Positions 28,245 to 37,852 of a DNA stretch of 55,376 nucleotides are shown here, in pieces (position 1 is the first letter of the stretch; the number at the start of each line of letters is the position of its first letter). The position numbers were made by a program, and so were the translations under genes. The stretch is from Candidatus Iainarchaeum sp. (lineage in GTDB: Archaea; Iainarchaeota; Iainarchaeia; JAGGVJ01): assembly GCA_021158055.1 (NCBI GenBank), contig JAGGVJ010000045.1:1-55376 (forward strand). Reading direction: 5' to 3'. The notes beneath the pieces are model-generated. The model did no database searches and was not told where the DNA came from. It worked only from the letters and a program-made list of their open reading frames with translations.

Positions 28245-28751
28245 TTAAATATTTTTTGCAGCCAGAAACTTTTTGCACGCACTGCAGAGTTTTGCCGGCT
28301 TCAGATCAATGTCTTCAACAGAACTTGAAAAACGCATCGCGCAAGCATTTTTGCAATGCGTCAGCCCAAGACAGTGACCTATCTCGTGCAATGCCTCTTT
28401 GGCAATCCTGCCTGTGTTTCCTTCAAAACCACTGGATGAAACCACGCAACACACGCCGTTTACAATCGCCGCTCCAAACACAAAATCTGAATCACTGCAA
28501 CCCAGTTCATTTCCTGTAAAAACAGCGAGTATGTTTTTTTCCGTGCATTTTTGCAGGTAAGACAAAAGCAGGTCAGCGTCAATTTTTCCCCCGGAAAGTG
28601 AAAAAACTGACTTTGGCTCGGCAATGCTTTCACCTGCAACAACCGCCTTCAACGAAAGCTCTGCCTCAATCACTTTTTTTATCTCTGAAAAGGCTTCTTT
28701 TTCGCGAAACGATTCAAAGGGCAACAAAACTGCTTTTCTTTCATTTTTCAT
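28245..28751 (-). CDS. Archaemetzincin (peptidase M54)
   Basis: FVFG, KEALHEIGHCLGLTHC..CAMRFS..D.K...C..C. Confidence 0.9.
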   Translation of the reverse strand: MKNERKAVLLPFESFREKEAFSEIKKVIEAELSLKAVVAGESIAEPKSVFSLSGGKIDADLLLSYLQKCTEKNILAVFTGNELGCSDSDFVFGAAIVNGVCCVVSSSGFEGNTGRIAKEALHEIGHCLGLTHCKNACAMRFSSSVEDIDLKPAKLCSACKKFLAAKNI

Positions 28752-28839
28752 TCAGACAACTTCCAAAAAACGCATAAAAACTATCACAGTGAATTTATAA
28801 AAGCTGACGCCCATTTAATCTACAAAAAAGGACAAAAAC

Positions 28840-29895
28840 ATGAAAATCGAATACATTGACAGAAAAAACGGTTTTGCAAAATTTTGGGTTGAAACACTTG
28901 ACGACCTCTGGCACGTTGAAAACCTTGTCGAAAAAGGAGACCTGCTTTACGCAAGCGTTTTTCGCAGGATAAAAAACGAAAAAGACCCGGAGAAAAAATC
29001 AGAAAGAAAACCTGTGAAAATCACCCTTGAAGCAGAATCCGCGAAATTTGACAGGTACGCGGACAGGCTGCGGGTATCGGGAGTGATAAAAGAAGGGTTT
29101 CCTGAAAAATTTGTTTCAATCGGCGCCCACCAGACAATAGACATCGAAACAGGTTCAAAAATAAAAATGTGGAAGCCAAAATGGAAAAAATATCACATCT
29201 CAAGACTCAAGGAAGCTGAAATCGCAGTAAAACGGCCAAAAATGATTATCGTAAGCATGGACGAAAGCGAATCAGAAGCCGCAGTAATAAAAGAATACGG
29301 GCTTGAGTTTCTTGGAAGAATAGAGTCAAAAATACCCGGAAAGAGAATGGTCGTAAAAAAAGATACCTCAAAAAAAGAATTCTTTGAAGAAATCGAACAA
29401 CAACTTTCAGGCGTTCCGGTCGACGCCATAATACTTTCGGGGCCCGGGTTTACAAAAACAAACTTCAAAACATTTCTTGCTGAAAAAAAAAGTCCGCTCC
29501 TTGAAAAAACCACTGTGAAAAACACAGGGCAATCAGGCAAAACAGGCGTGTTTGAAATAATAAAAAGCGGGGGAGTGACTCAAGGACTTGAGGAAGCGCG
29601 CGTAATCAAAGAGACAAAAATGCTTGAAGAGATACTCAAAGAAATTGCCGTCGGCGGAAAAGCAACTTACGGGCTTGCCCAGGCTGAAAAAGCAGCAAGT
29701 GTGGGTGCTGTTGAAACGCTTGCGATTAACGACTCGCTTCTTCGCGAAAAACGAAACCAATGCGAAAAAATATTCACTGACACGGAATCTTCAAACGGAA
29801 AAGTGATGATTTTCAACTCTGAAAACGAAAGCGGAAAAATACTTTCAGGAATCGGAAACATCGCATGCCTTTTAAGATACCAATGGGAAGAATGA
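28840..29895 (+). CDS. pelA: Pelota mRNA surveillance/ribosome rescue factor
   Basis: ETLDDLWH, RLRVSGVI, GAHQTID, GPGFTK, ATYG, IACLLRY. Confidence 0.93.
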   Translation: MKIEYIDRKNGFAKFWVETLDDLWHVENLVEKGDLLYASVFRRIKNEKDPEKKSERKPVKITLEAESAKFDRYADRLRVSGVIKEGFPEKFVSIGAHQTIDIETGSKIKMWKPKWKKYHISRLKEAEIAVKRPKMIIVSMDESESEAAVIKEYGLEFLGRIESKIPGKRMVVKKDTSKKEFFEEIEQQLSGVPVDAIILSGPGFTKTNFKTFLAEKKSPLLEKTTVKNTGQSGKTGVFEIIKSGGVTQGLEEARVIKETKMLEEILKEIAVGGKATYGLAQAEKAASVGAVETLAINDSLLREKRNQCEKIFTDTESSNGKVMIFNSENESGKILSGIGNIACLLRYQWEE

Positions 29896-29961
29896 GCGAG
29901 CAATAGGAAGAATAACCAGAGCACTAGGAAAAATGACACGCCAGCGGGAAAAATGACATGC
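29881..29961. repeat. Degenerate ~20-bp tandem repeat x4 derived from the pelota 3' end
   Basis: CAATGGGAAGAATGAGCGAG / CAATAGGAAGAATAACCAGAG / CACTAGGAAAAATGACACGC / CAGCGGGAAAAATGACATGC. Confidence 0.7.
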
Positions 29962-30012
29962 TGATAAAAGAACAGGCAACAGACAAAAACAAATCAAAAC
30001 ACAGGTAATCAA

Positions 30013-30459
30013 ATGAAACACGGAAAAGACTTCATCGGAGTTGGAATCGGCGGTTTTATAATCAATGACAAAAACGAACTGCTCCTGCTGAAAAGAAAAA
30101 CACCGCCTGAAGCGGGATACTGGAACATTCCCGGCGGAAGGGTCAAGTTCGGGGAAACACTTGAAAAAGCCGTTGCAAGAGAAGTTAAAGAAGAAACCGA
30201 CTTAGACGTGGAAGTCTTGTCTGTTCTCGGTTTTGTAAACCACATAATAAAAGAAGAAAACGCCCACTGGGTCGCCATTCACTTCCTGTGCAGGATAATT
30301 GACGGGCAAGTGAAGATAACAGAGCCTGAAAAACACGAGTCAATAGAATGGTTTTCCTTTGACAACCTGCCTGAAAAACAGACAATAACACTGAAGCAGG
30401 CAATAAAAGAATACAAGACCATCAAACAACAGGCAGTTAATTATCACTCATTGAAATAA
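30013..30459 (+). CDS. NUDIX hydrolase
   Basis: Nudix box PGGRVKFGETLEKAVAREVKEETD. Confidence 0.92.
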   Translation: MKHGKDFIGVGIGGFIINDKNELLLLKRKTPPEAGYWNIPGGRVKFGETLEKAVAREVKEETDLDVEVLSVLGFVNHIIKEENAHWVAIHFLCRIIDGQVKITEPEKHESIEWFSFDNLPEKQTITLKQAIKEYKTIKQQAVNYHSLK

Positions 30460-30554
30460 ATGTTGCCGCTCATTTACAACCAAAACTACAAATGCCTGCT
30501 TACCTGTAACCAGAACAACAAATGCTTACCCATTCACAACATAACAAAAACTGC

Positions 30555-30968
30555 TCACTCGCCAACAATCTGCACAATCAATTTTCTGTGGCTTCTCGGC
30601 CCGTCAGTCTCAACAAAAAACACGTTCTGCCAGGTTCCGAGAACAAGCTCGCTGTCAATCACGGGAATTGTTTTATCTGTCCCTACAAAACAACTCAATA
30701 TGTGAGAACTCGCATTGTCGCGCCCGCAGTGGTGCCTGTAACTGCTCTTTTTTGGGGCAACAGACTCAATCGCATCAAATATGTCTGACTTTAAATCCCC
30801 CTCGTTTTCATTGAGCACAATCATCCCTGTTGCGTGAGGGGAAAAAACAGTGCACAAACCGTTTTTGACACCGCTTTTTTCAACCGCGTCCAAAACTTCC
30901 GCTGTAAGATCGACAAATTCGTTTTCCAGACAAGTGGAAAACGCAATCACTTTTGAAAAACACTTCAT
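30555..30968 (-). CDS. yjbQ: YjbQ/UPF0047 family protein
   Basis: PHATG...NENE, DNASSHI, LGTWQNVFFVETDGPR. Start at ATG 30968 with SD AGGTGA. Confidence 0.88.
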   Translation of the reverse strand: MKCFSKVIAFSTCLENEFVDLTAEVLDAVEKSGVKNGLCTVFSPHATGMIVLNENEGDLKSDIFDAIESVAPKKSSYRHHCGRDNASSHILSCFVGTDKTIPVIDSELVLGTWQNVFFVETDGPRSHRKLIVQIVGE

Positions 30969-31008
30969 AAAATCACCTGTAACCCGATTCGCCCACTGGA
31001 CAAAAAAA

Positions 31009-32202
31009 TCAACAAAACTCAAGGTCTTCAACTGCTGCGCAGACACCTTCTTTAACTGCCTGCTTTGAAGACAAATCAAAAACTGCCCTGTTGCAGTTTA
31101 TCACCAGAACCGCGGGATAATCAACATCCCTGTAAAGCGCAAGCAACCCCTGTTCTTTTGAAGGCGCGTCAATCAAATGAAAACTTTTCTTCAGGACAGA
31201 CGCTTCAAAAGGCACCTCAAGATCTCCTGAAAACTCAGCCGTGTTTTTTACGGCATCAACAGAAGCAAGGTTGTTTTCGCTGACAAGCAACAGCATCTCA
31301 AGAGAATCACTTCCGCAGTCCCTGTAAGGAAACTCAAAAAACCTGTCTTTTTCAACCGGCTTCAACGGCCTTTGGCCTGAAACAAACGATTTCACTGTTG
31401 CAAGGGAAGACGGAAAACCTTCAAACCCGAACTTTTCCGGATCAACTGCCAAAAAAAGGTTCCCGTCAATGAAAAACACTTCCCTGAAATCACTTAACAG
31501 CTCTTTTTTTGCTGCGGCTGCTTTTTTCAGGTAAAAAACAGCGTTGGAATGATTGTTTTGTGAAATTGCATTTCCAAGGTTTGAAACTTCATCAAGAAAC
31601 TTTTCTTTGCCTGCCTCGAAATCTTTTTTGACAACCACGTCTTTTGGAACACTCATTTTGCTAAAGGTTTCTGCCTCGCGTTCAAGGTGTAAAAAAGCAC
31701 TTCCCGCAGACAACATGCTTGCGGTGCCAAGCGAATAATCCACTTCAAGCATTGCTTCGTGCATGGATGTCAATATGTTCTCATCCCATTCAACACTTGC
31801 CTGCAAAGGCAAAGCTTTTGGATCTCCAAAATAAGGAATTAAATCGATCGGGATAAACGGCAGCAAAAAATAAACCAATGCGACTCCAAGCGTTGCCAAC
31901 AAAAGAACCATCAGCATATTGTCCAACGGGTTCATCGGGTTCACCTGCTTTGATGAAAACTTATTATCCCCCTGAATTTTTTGCCCGCCATCCTGAAGCG
32001 ACTGCTTCTCAAAATCAGCGTATCGAAAATCCTGTGAAGAACTCTCAAAAGAAGCCACAACTACGTCGTGGTCATAGCCAAGCTTCAAAAGCGATCTTAC
32101 AATCTCGCCTTTTTCAACGCCCTGCGATTCAAGTTTTTTTATGAATCCAATTACCTGCAGGTTCGGTTCTGCGCCTGATTCGTTTTCTTCAAATTCACTC
32201 AT
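31009..32202 (-). CDS. Hypothetical single-pass membrane protein
   Basis: Long ORF with one central TM helix (LMVLLLATLGVALVYFLLPFI). No recognised motif. Confidence 0.6.
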   Translation of the reverse strand: MSEFEENESGAEPNLQVIGFIKKLESQGVEKGEIVRSLLKLGYDHDVVVASFESSSQDFRYADFEKQSLQDGGQKIQGDNKFSSKQVNPMNPLDNMLMVLLLATLGVALVYFLLPFIPIDLIPYFGDPKALPLQASVEWDENILTSMHEAMLEVDYSLGTASMLSAGSAFLHLEREAETFSKMSVPKDVVVKKDFEAGKEKFLDEVSNLGNAISQNNHSNAVFYLKKAAAAKKELLSDFREVFFIDGNLFLAVDPEKFGFEGFPSSLATVKSFVSGQRPLKPVEKDRFFEFPYRDCGSDSLEMLLLVSENNLASVDAVKNTAEFSGDLEVPFEASVLKKSFHLIDAPSKEQGLLALYRDVDYPAVLVINCNRAVFDLSSKQAVKEGVCAAVEDLEFC

Positions 32203-32307
32203 AATGCATCAAATAAAAAATAAGTGCAATTTATTTAATCCTGCCGAAAAAACACCAGTTCAATGGCTACCCACAGCTATAATGCCCTAGTCATAACAAG
32301 CTTAAAA

Positions 32308-32419
32308 TGGTGGGGTTGCGAAGATTTGAACTCCGGTTACGAGCTTTTTCCACTCTCAAAATAATTGAAAATGAGAGTTCCCGAAGCTCGTGTGCTGGAC
32401 CAAGCTACACTACAACCCC
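32308..32419 (-). tRNA. tRNA-Pro(CGG) with 34-nt intron at 37/38 and encoded CCA
   Basis: Acceptor stem GGGGTTG/CAACCCC-ACCA. Anticodon arm CGAGC-TT-CGG-G[intron 32346-32379]A-GCTCG. T-loop TTCAAAT. Bulge-helix-bulge-like splice structure. Confidence 0.92.
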
Positions 32420-32594
32420 AAAACCGAAAAAAAATTTAAACAATGCAGAATATAATTATATCCTGTAAAGAATAATAACTATATCCTGTCTTGTGAAATA
32501 TGTCATTTTAAATATTTAAAGATATTAGAAGTCATAACTTTTCAAGGCAAAGCAACAAATTTTTAAAAAACAAAAAACAGACGGAAGTGAAAAA

Positions 32595-32948
32595 ATGACA
32601 AAAAAAACACTAATTGCAGTACTCAGCACAGGAAAAGGAACATGGGGACACGTCGGGAGGCTCATTGCAGACGGCGAATGGGCAAAAATAATCCTTATTT
32701 CAAACGATTGGGCAAAAGAAAACTTTTCATGCGAAAAAGACGTGGAATGGATATGTGTAAACAACCGCGCGCCACTTGAAGACATAATAGAGGAAATAAA
32801 CGAAAACCTCACTGCAAAAGAAAACATTTGCGTGAACATGATTTCAGGCTCCGGAAAAGAACACATGGCATTGCTTGCGGCACTCAACAGGAAAACAATC
32901 GACTACGAGCTGACAGTTCTTGCAGGAGACGGCATCAGTTACATGTAA
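32595..32948 (+). CDS. Small Rossmann-like hypothetical protein (possible CARF-like)
   Basis: LIAVLSTGKGTWGHV and ICVNMISGSGKEHMALLAAL beta-loop-helix motifs. Confidence 0.6.
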   Translation: MTKKTLIAVLSTGKGTWGHVGRLIADGEWAKIILISNDWAKENFSCEKDVEWICVNNRAPLEDIIEEINENLTAKENICVNMISGSGKEHMALLAALNRKTIDYELTVLAGDGISYM

Positions 32949-32963
32949 CACAACAAAAAGAGA

Positions 32964-33308
32964 TCAAAGGGAAAAACCTTCTTTTACCTTTTTCAGCCTT
33001 TCAAGAAGGTCTACTCCCTCGTTTGTTACAAAATACATAAAACCCTGGTCCAGCTCCAGCTTTCCAACAAGGTGCAGTTCAGTCAGGTGAATCAAAATCA
33101 ACTCAAGGCGCGTTTCAGAAATACCCGGAAAAGCAGCCCTGATCTGCGGGAAAAACTTCGCGTTTTCCTTCAATAACTCAAGAATGTTGACCTTTTCACC
33201 TGAAAAAACCACCCCTGAATAATTCGGGTGCTCTTCAAGATAAAGCACAAAATCCCTTGGCAAACTCTCCATACTTTTAATATCCATGCAAACCAACCAA
33301 TAAATCAA
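32964..33308 (-). CDS. Small winged-helix protein (putative)
   Basis: C-terminal L..L.E..LV........Y.VT.EG..LL wHTH-like pattern. Overlaps the gatE stop. Confidence 0.5.
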   Translation of the reverse strand: MIYWLVCMDIKSMESLPRDFVLYLEEHPNYSGVVFSGEKVNILELLKENAKFFPQIRAAFPGISETRLELILIHLTELHLVGKLELDQGFMYFVTNEGVDLLERLKKVKEGFSL

Positions 33309-35275
33309 CTTTCAGACAAAAGTCTTTCAATTTCAAGCTTAACAACCCTGCTTACCTTTTTCCCGTCCGCACCGCCGCCAAGCGCTTTCATGGACTCCCC
33401 CATCACAACGCTGATTGCGCGAAAACCTTTTTCCAAAACAACAGGCCTGTTTTTTGAAACAACTTCTTTCACAATCTTCTTTATCAACTCATCGCCTGCC
33501 GCACTCAAACCCAGTTTTTCAACGGCTTTCTCAAGGCTGAAACCGGGATTTGAAGCCATGAAAGACACCAGTTTCGGAATGCTCTTGTTTGAAATCTTTC
33601 CCGACGCGGCAAACCTGAACATCTCCAGCAAAACAACACTATCCAACTGCTCCAAGTCAACCCCTTCACGCGAAAGGCTCTTGAAATCCTCAGTCAGAAC
33701 AGTTGCAATAGTCAACGGGTTTGCCTGCGTATCTGAAACCATCTTTTCAAACAAAGGCCAATAAGTTGAACCCACCAAATTTCCCGCGACTTTCCTGTTC
33801 AAACCAAACTCCTTCAGATAACGCTTTTCCTTTTCTTCAAGGATTTCAGGAAGGCATTCTTTGATTTGCCTGACTTTTTCCTTTGTCACCTCAATCAAAC
33901 GCACATCTGTTTCAGGGTACATCCTCGCAGAACCTGCAAGAGGCCTCAGGTACTCTGTGTTTGCGTCAGCAAGAGCGTTTCGGGTTTCTTCAGGAACCCT
34001 GCCTGAAAGGGTTCCTGCGCGCTCAATAACTGCTTCAAGCGCTTTTTTAGCGCTGTTCTTTTGCGCGACAACCATCACAAACAAGTCGCCTTTGCCTGCT
34101 TTAAGGGCCTTTTTCACTTTGTCTGCCTGCGAATCAGTAACCGGGTACTTTGACAGATCCTCGTCGCTGTGAATAATCCCCCCGACACCTGCTTTTGCCT
34201 TTGCATAACCTGAAAGCTCCAGTCCAAGCGTTTTTGTCGGAGTGACTTTTTGCTTCAGCATCCCGGAAAACCCAGGCATGACTGCGCAAAGAACCACCGT
34301 GTCTTTTCCGGACGCTCCCTTTTTTATGAACGCGCACTTTGAATCTGTAAACAACTCAGACACGTCAACAATTGATGCACGGGCGGTTTCAAGCCACAAA
34401 GGACCAACAATCTTTTTTGCTTTCCCTGCAATTAAAATCAGCGACTTTTGCCTCTCGACCTCAAGCCCGACAATCTCAGGAATCAAACCAAGCTCTTGAG
34501 CTCCTTTTATTTCAGTCCTTGCGCCGCCGAAAATCGACACGTTTATGTCCTGCCTGATAGAACCGATCCCGCGCTTTACCCTACCTGTGGAACGGCAGAT
34601 CATGCCTATTTTTTTCGCGGTTTCTTTCGCGTGCTCAAAATCCATTATGTCAGGGTCTGTCACTATCTCAACCAAGGGGAGACCAAGCCTTTCAAGAGAA
34701 TACCTTACCAGACCGCTTTTGCGCTCCAGAATCCTTGAAGCGTCTTCCTCAAGCTGCACCTGCGTAATCCCCACTCTCCCCCTGCTTGTCTCGACAAAAC
34801 CCTCAGTTGCAAGCAAAAGCGTACGCTGGAAACCGCTTGTGTTGCTCCCGTCAACAACAGTTTTTCTCATTGTATGAAGCTCGTCAACAGGAGTGCAGTT
34901 CAAAAGCAGGGAAATCTCAAGAGCAATATCAAGCGCGTCAGCATTCATTTCCGGCATCGGAGGCTCCTCGTCAAGCTCCACAAGACAGCAGTTCTGAGAG
35001 AAAAAATCATAGGAAAAAGTTGACTTTTTTCCTGCCGCCTCCAAAGCCGCAACATCAACTTCCCCGAGTTCGCCGGCAGAAACCCTCAACCTGCGTTCTG
35101 TAACCACTTCAGGAACAGCGTTTGTCGGAAGAGGGTTTGTCGGACACCTGCAAAAAAGCTTCCCGCAGTCAAGCTGCTGGTGAATCTCAAGACCTGCTTT
35201 GAAACCAAGCTTTCTGCACTCCGGCACTTTTCCTTCCCGTGTTTTTTTCACTTTAAACAACTCCAAAAACCACAA
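33305..35275 (-). CDS. gatE: Glu-tRNA(Gln) amidotransferase subunit E
   Basis: GLEIHQQL..KLFC.CP, CLVELDEEPP, MRKTVVDGSNTSGFQRT, RGIGSIRQD, ARMYPETD. Exact start uncertain. Confidence 0.95.
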   Translation of the reverse strand: MWFLELFKVKKTREGKVPECRKLGFKAGLEIHQQLDCGKLFCRCPTNPLPTNAVPEVVTERRLRVSAGELGEVDVAALEAAGKKSTFSYDFFSQNCCLVELDEEPPMPEMNADALDIALEISLLLNCTPVDELHTMRKTVVDGSNTSGFQRTLLLATEGFVETSRGRVGITQVQLEEDASRILERKSGLVRYSLERLGLPLVEIVTDPDIMDFEHAKETAKKIGMICRSTGRVKRGIGSIRQDINVSIFGGARTEIKGAQELGLIPEIVGLEVERQKSLILIAGKAKKIVGPLWLETARASIVDVSELFTDSKCAFIKKGASGKDTVVLCAVMPGFSGMLKQKVTPTKTLGLELSGYAKAKAGVGGIIHSDEDLSKYPVTDSQADKVKKALKAGKGDLFVMVVAQKNSAKKALEAVIERAGTLSGRVPEETRNALADANTEYLRPLAGSARMYPETDVRLIEVTKEKVRQIKECLPEILEEKEKRYLKEFGLNRKVAGNLVGSTYWPLFEKMVSDTQANPLTIATVLTEDFKSLSREGVDLEQLDSVVLLEMFRFAASGKISNKSIPKLVSFMASNPGFSLEKAVEKLGLSAAGDELIKKIVKEVVSKNRPVVLEKGFRAISVVMGESMKALGGGADGKKVSRVVKLEIERLLSES

Positions 35276-35315
35276 AGCACAATTTTACTTTTTAATCCCC
35301 ATCATCAAAAACAAC

Positions 35316-36671
35316 TCACTTCAACCCTGGCATGCAGACAAAAGTCCGCGGGTCTGTCCTTTCAGTGATCTCGCCGGCAAGATTTTCAACCATCAACGCA
35401 CGCGCCCTGTCAGCAGTCCTTGAATTTGAAAGAGCCCACTTGAGCTTGACAAAAGCGGTTTCGCAAAGCATGTCCTCAAGGGAAACAACCCCACAATCCT
35501 GAATTTTTCTCCCGTCTTCATACACATCGTTTCTGACCCTGCCCCAAACAGTCTGGGTGCACATGCAGACAACAACCCCTGCTTTTTTCGCGGCAAGCGC
35601 GGCTTTGAAAAACCCCTCGCTTGTAATGTGGCCGAGACCCGTGCCCTCCAAAACAATCCCTTTCGTGCCCTTTTTTATCTGGTACAAAAAATCCTCAACA
35701 GGAAAACCATTGTAAAGCTTTATCAACGCGACTTTTTCCTCCAAACCAAAACCTGACGAAAGTTTTCTTTTTTTGTCGCGTTTTTTAAAATCAGTTCTTA
35801 CAAACTCGATTTTTCCCTCTGGCCAGACACGCGCAAAAGGAAGCGCGTTAATTGACTGGAAAGCGTCACGCCTTGAAGAATGTGTTTTCCGGACCTTTGT
35901 CCCGGGATGTACAAAACAATAACTGTCACTTGACTCACCATGCATGACAACGCTCACTTCAGCGACATCTGAAACAGCAGTGTGAACAGCGCAAACCAGA
36001 TTCATTGCAGAGTCCGCGGAAGCGCGGTCAGTGGAACGCTGGGCACCGGTCAAAACCACCGGCACCGGAAGGTCCTGAAGCATAAAAGACAACGCGGCAG
36101 CCGAATAACCCATGGTGTCGGTTCCGTGGAGAATCACAACGCCGTCAACCCCCAAATCAATGTGTTTCTTCACTGCCTTTGCAATCTGTTGCCAGTGCGA
36201 CTGGTCCATCCACTGCGACCAGACAGAACAGACCATTTCAGCATTTATGTTTGCAATTTCATCCAGCTCTGGGACCGCCTCAACCAAATCCTGCGCACTG
36301 AAAGAAGAAATCACCCCCCCGGTTGCGTAATCCAGGCGGGAGGCGATTGTTCCGCCGGTGCTGAGCACTGCAATGGTTGGTTTTTTTGGGTCATGCTTTT
36401 GGGGGGAAAATTTTTTTCCTGAATCTTTTTTTTGCATCTTCGCACCTCCAACCTTGGTTATCTCCCTTATATCGTCAAACTTTACGCCAACGTTGTAGCC
36501 GTTTTTCAGCTTGACTATCAAGTGGTCCTGCGCGTAAATTGCAGGCCTTGGAATCAGCCTGCCTGAATAGAAGACATCCTGCTTTTTGACCGTGACTTCG
36601 TCAAAATCACTGATTTCCTTTTTTTCAAGAACTTTTTTTATTTTCCCGGAATAAGAAACAGTCATTTTCAC
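35316..36671 (-). CDS. gatD: Glu-tRNA(Gln) amidotransferase subunit D
   Basis: VKLKNGYNVG, STGGTIASRLDY.TG, HGTDT, GAQRSTDR, HSSRRDAF. Adjacent to gatE. Confidence 0.95.
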   Translation of the reverse strand: MKMTVSYSGKIKKVLEKKEISDFDEVTVKKQDVFYSGRLIPRPAIYAQDHLIVKLKNGYNVGVKFDDIREITKVGGAKMQKKDSGKKFSPQKHDPKKPTIAVLSTGGTIASRLDYATGGVISSFSAQDLVEAVPELDEIANINAEMVCSVWSQWMDQSHWQQIAKAVKKHIDLGVDGVVILHGTDTMGYSAAALSFMLQDLPVPVVLTGAQRSTDRASADSAMNLVCAVHTAVSDVAEVSVVMHGESSDSYCFVHPGTKVRKTHSSRRDAFQSINALPFARVWPEGKIEFVRTDFKKRDKKRKLSSGFGLEEKVALIKLYNGFPVEDFLYQIKKGTKGIVLEGTGLGHITSEGFFKAALAAKKAGVVVCMCTQTVWGRVRNDVYEDGRKIQDCGVVSLEDMLCETAFVKLKWALSNSRTADRARALMVENLAGEITERTDPRTFVCMPGLK

Positions 36672-36958
36672 ACCTGCATTTCAACTACACAAATTACATA
36701 AAAAATTACTCAAAGCCGTTATTTAACACTGTCGGCAACATCCCATGCCAAAAAACACTTTTGACCAAAAGCATTTTTGACTGGTAAACATATTTATCTC
36801 TGCAAAACAAAAAAGTAATTGCAATACATATAACATGTTTGAATAACACAATTGAATTGATAACTGTAAAAATACATTTTGAATAACCTATGATGAAAAT
36901 TTAAACCCCCCGACAGCATGCAAATCACCGGAAAAATAACACGGAAACAAATGATAAC

Positions 36959-37753
36959 ATGGAAACAGAACTTGACTTAAGAAAAACCCTGCGGCAAAAC
37001 GCAAACCTGTACTACTCAAAATCCAAAAAAGCAAAGGCAAAGCTTGCCGGGGTCAAAACTGCCCTTGAAGAATCAAAAAAACAGCTTAAAGAAGTGCTTG
37101 AAAAAAAACAGGTTCTTGAAAACGAAAAAATAGAGCTGAAAAAGAAACGGCAGGCAAAATGGTTTGAAAAATTCCACTGGTTTTTCACGTCAAAAGACAC
37201 CCTTGTAATCGGCGGAAAAGACACCAAAAGCAACGAAACAATAGTCAAAAAACACATGGAGCCAACCGACGTATACTTTCACGCCGAAGTGTTCGGCGCG
37301 CCGCACGTGATTGCAAAAACAGAAGACAAGGAACTGGAGAGCAGTGAACTTGAGGAAATAGGGGTTTTTGCAGTTTCATACTCAAGGGCATGGAGGGAAA
37401 AAGTCGCAAGAGCAAACGTATTTTGGGTCGACCCCTCGCAGGTCACAAAAGAAGCGCCTTCAGGAGAATACCTCGGAACAGGTTCTTTCATGATCCGCGG
37501 CAAAAAAAACTTTATCAAAAAAGCAAACCTCAAGCTTGCGATAGGCCTGTCCGGCTCTGTCGTTGTATGCGGGCCAAAAAAAGCGATTGAAAAAACCACG
37601 AAAATCTTCAAAGAAATAACCCCTGGGGAAACGCGCCCAAGCGACATGGCAAAAAAACTAAAGGCATTTTTTGAAAAACAATCAAAAGAAACAGTTTCCC
37701 TTGACGAAATCATCAAAATGCTTCCCCCGGGAAACAGCGACTTTGCGAAATGA
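36959..37753 (+). CDS. NFACT RNA-binding domain protein (short Rqc2/FbpA-like)
   Basis: NANLYY..SKK coiled coil, WFEKFHWF, GGKD..NE, FHA...GAP, SGEYL..GSFMIRGKKN. Confidence 0.87.
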   Translation: METELDLRKTLRQNANLYYSKSKKAKAKLAGVKTALEESKKQLKEVLEKKQVLENEKIELKKKRQAKWFEKFHWFFTSKDTLVIGGKDTKSNETIVKKHMEPTDVYFHAEVFGAPHVIAKTEDKELESSELEEIGVFAVSYSRAWREKVARANVFWVDPSQVTKEAPSGEYLGTGSFMIRGKKNFIKKANLKLAIGLSGSVVVCGPKKAIEKTTKIFKEITPGETRPSDMAKKLKAFFEKQSKETVSLDEIIKMLPPGNSDFAK

Positions 37754-37782
37754 AATTGATATGCCGATTCCTTGACAGCGTA

Positions 37783-37852
37783 TTCAGGTATCTTCAACTG
37801 TTCAGGTATCTTCAACTGTTCAGGTATCTTCAACTGTTCAGGTATCTTCAAC
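37783..37852. repeat. Perfect 18-bp tandem repeat (TTCAGGTATCTTCAACTG) x3.9 overlapping the radB stop
   Basis: Units start at 37783, 37801, 37819 and 37837. The last unit encodes radB V-E-D-T-stop on the minus strand. Confidence 0.95.

Noticed and set aside
32457-32489. TATATCCTGT motif twice here and once at 44984-44993 as a shared operator
   Set aside because: It is a short AT-rich match. The local pair is explained by tandem duplication and the third copy may be chance.
32308-32948. Integrated element at tRNA-Pro
   Set aside because: No integrase and no duplicated tRNA 3' end found in the window.
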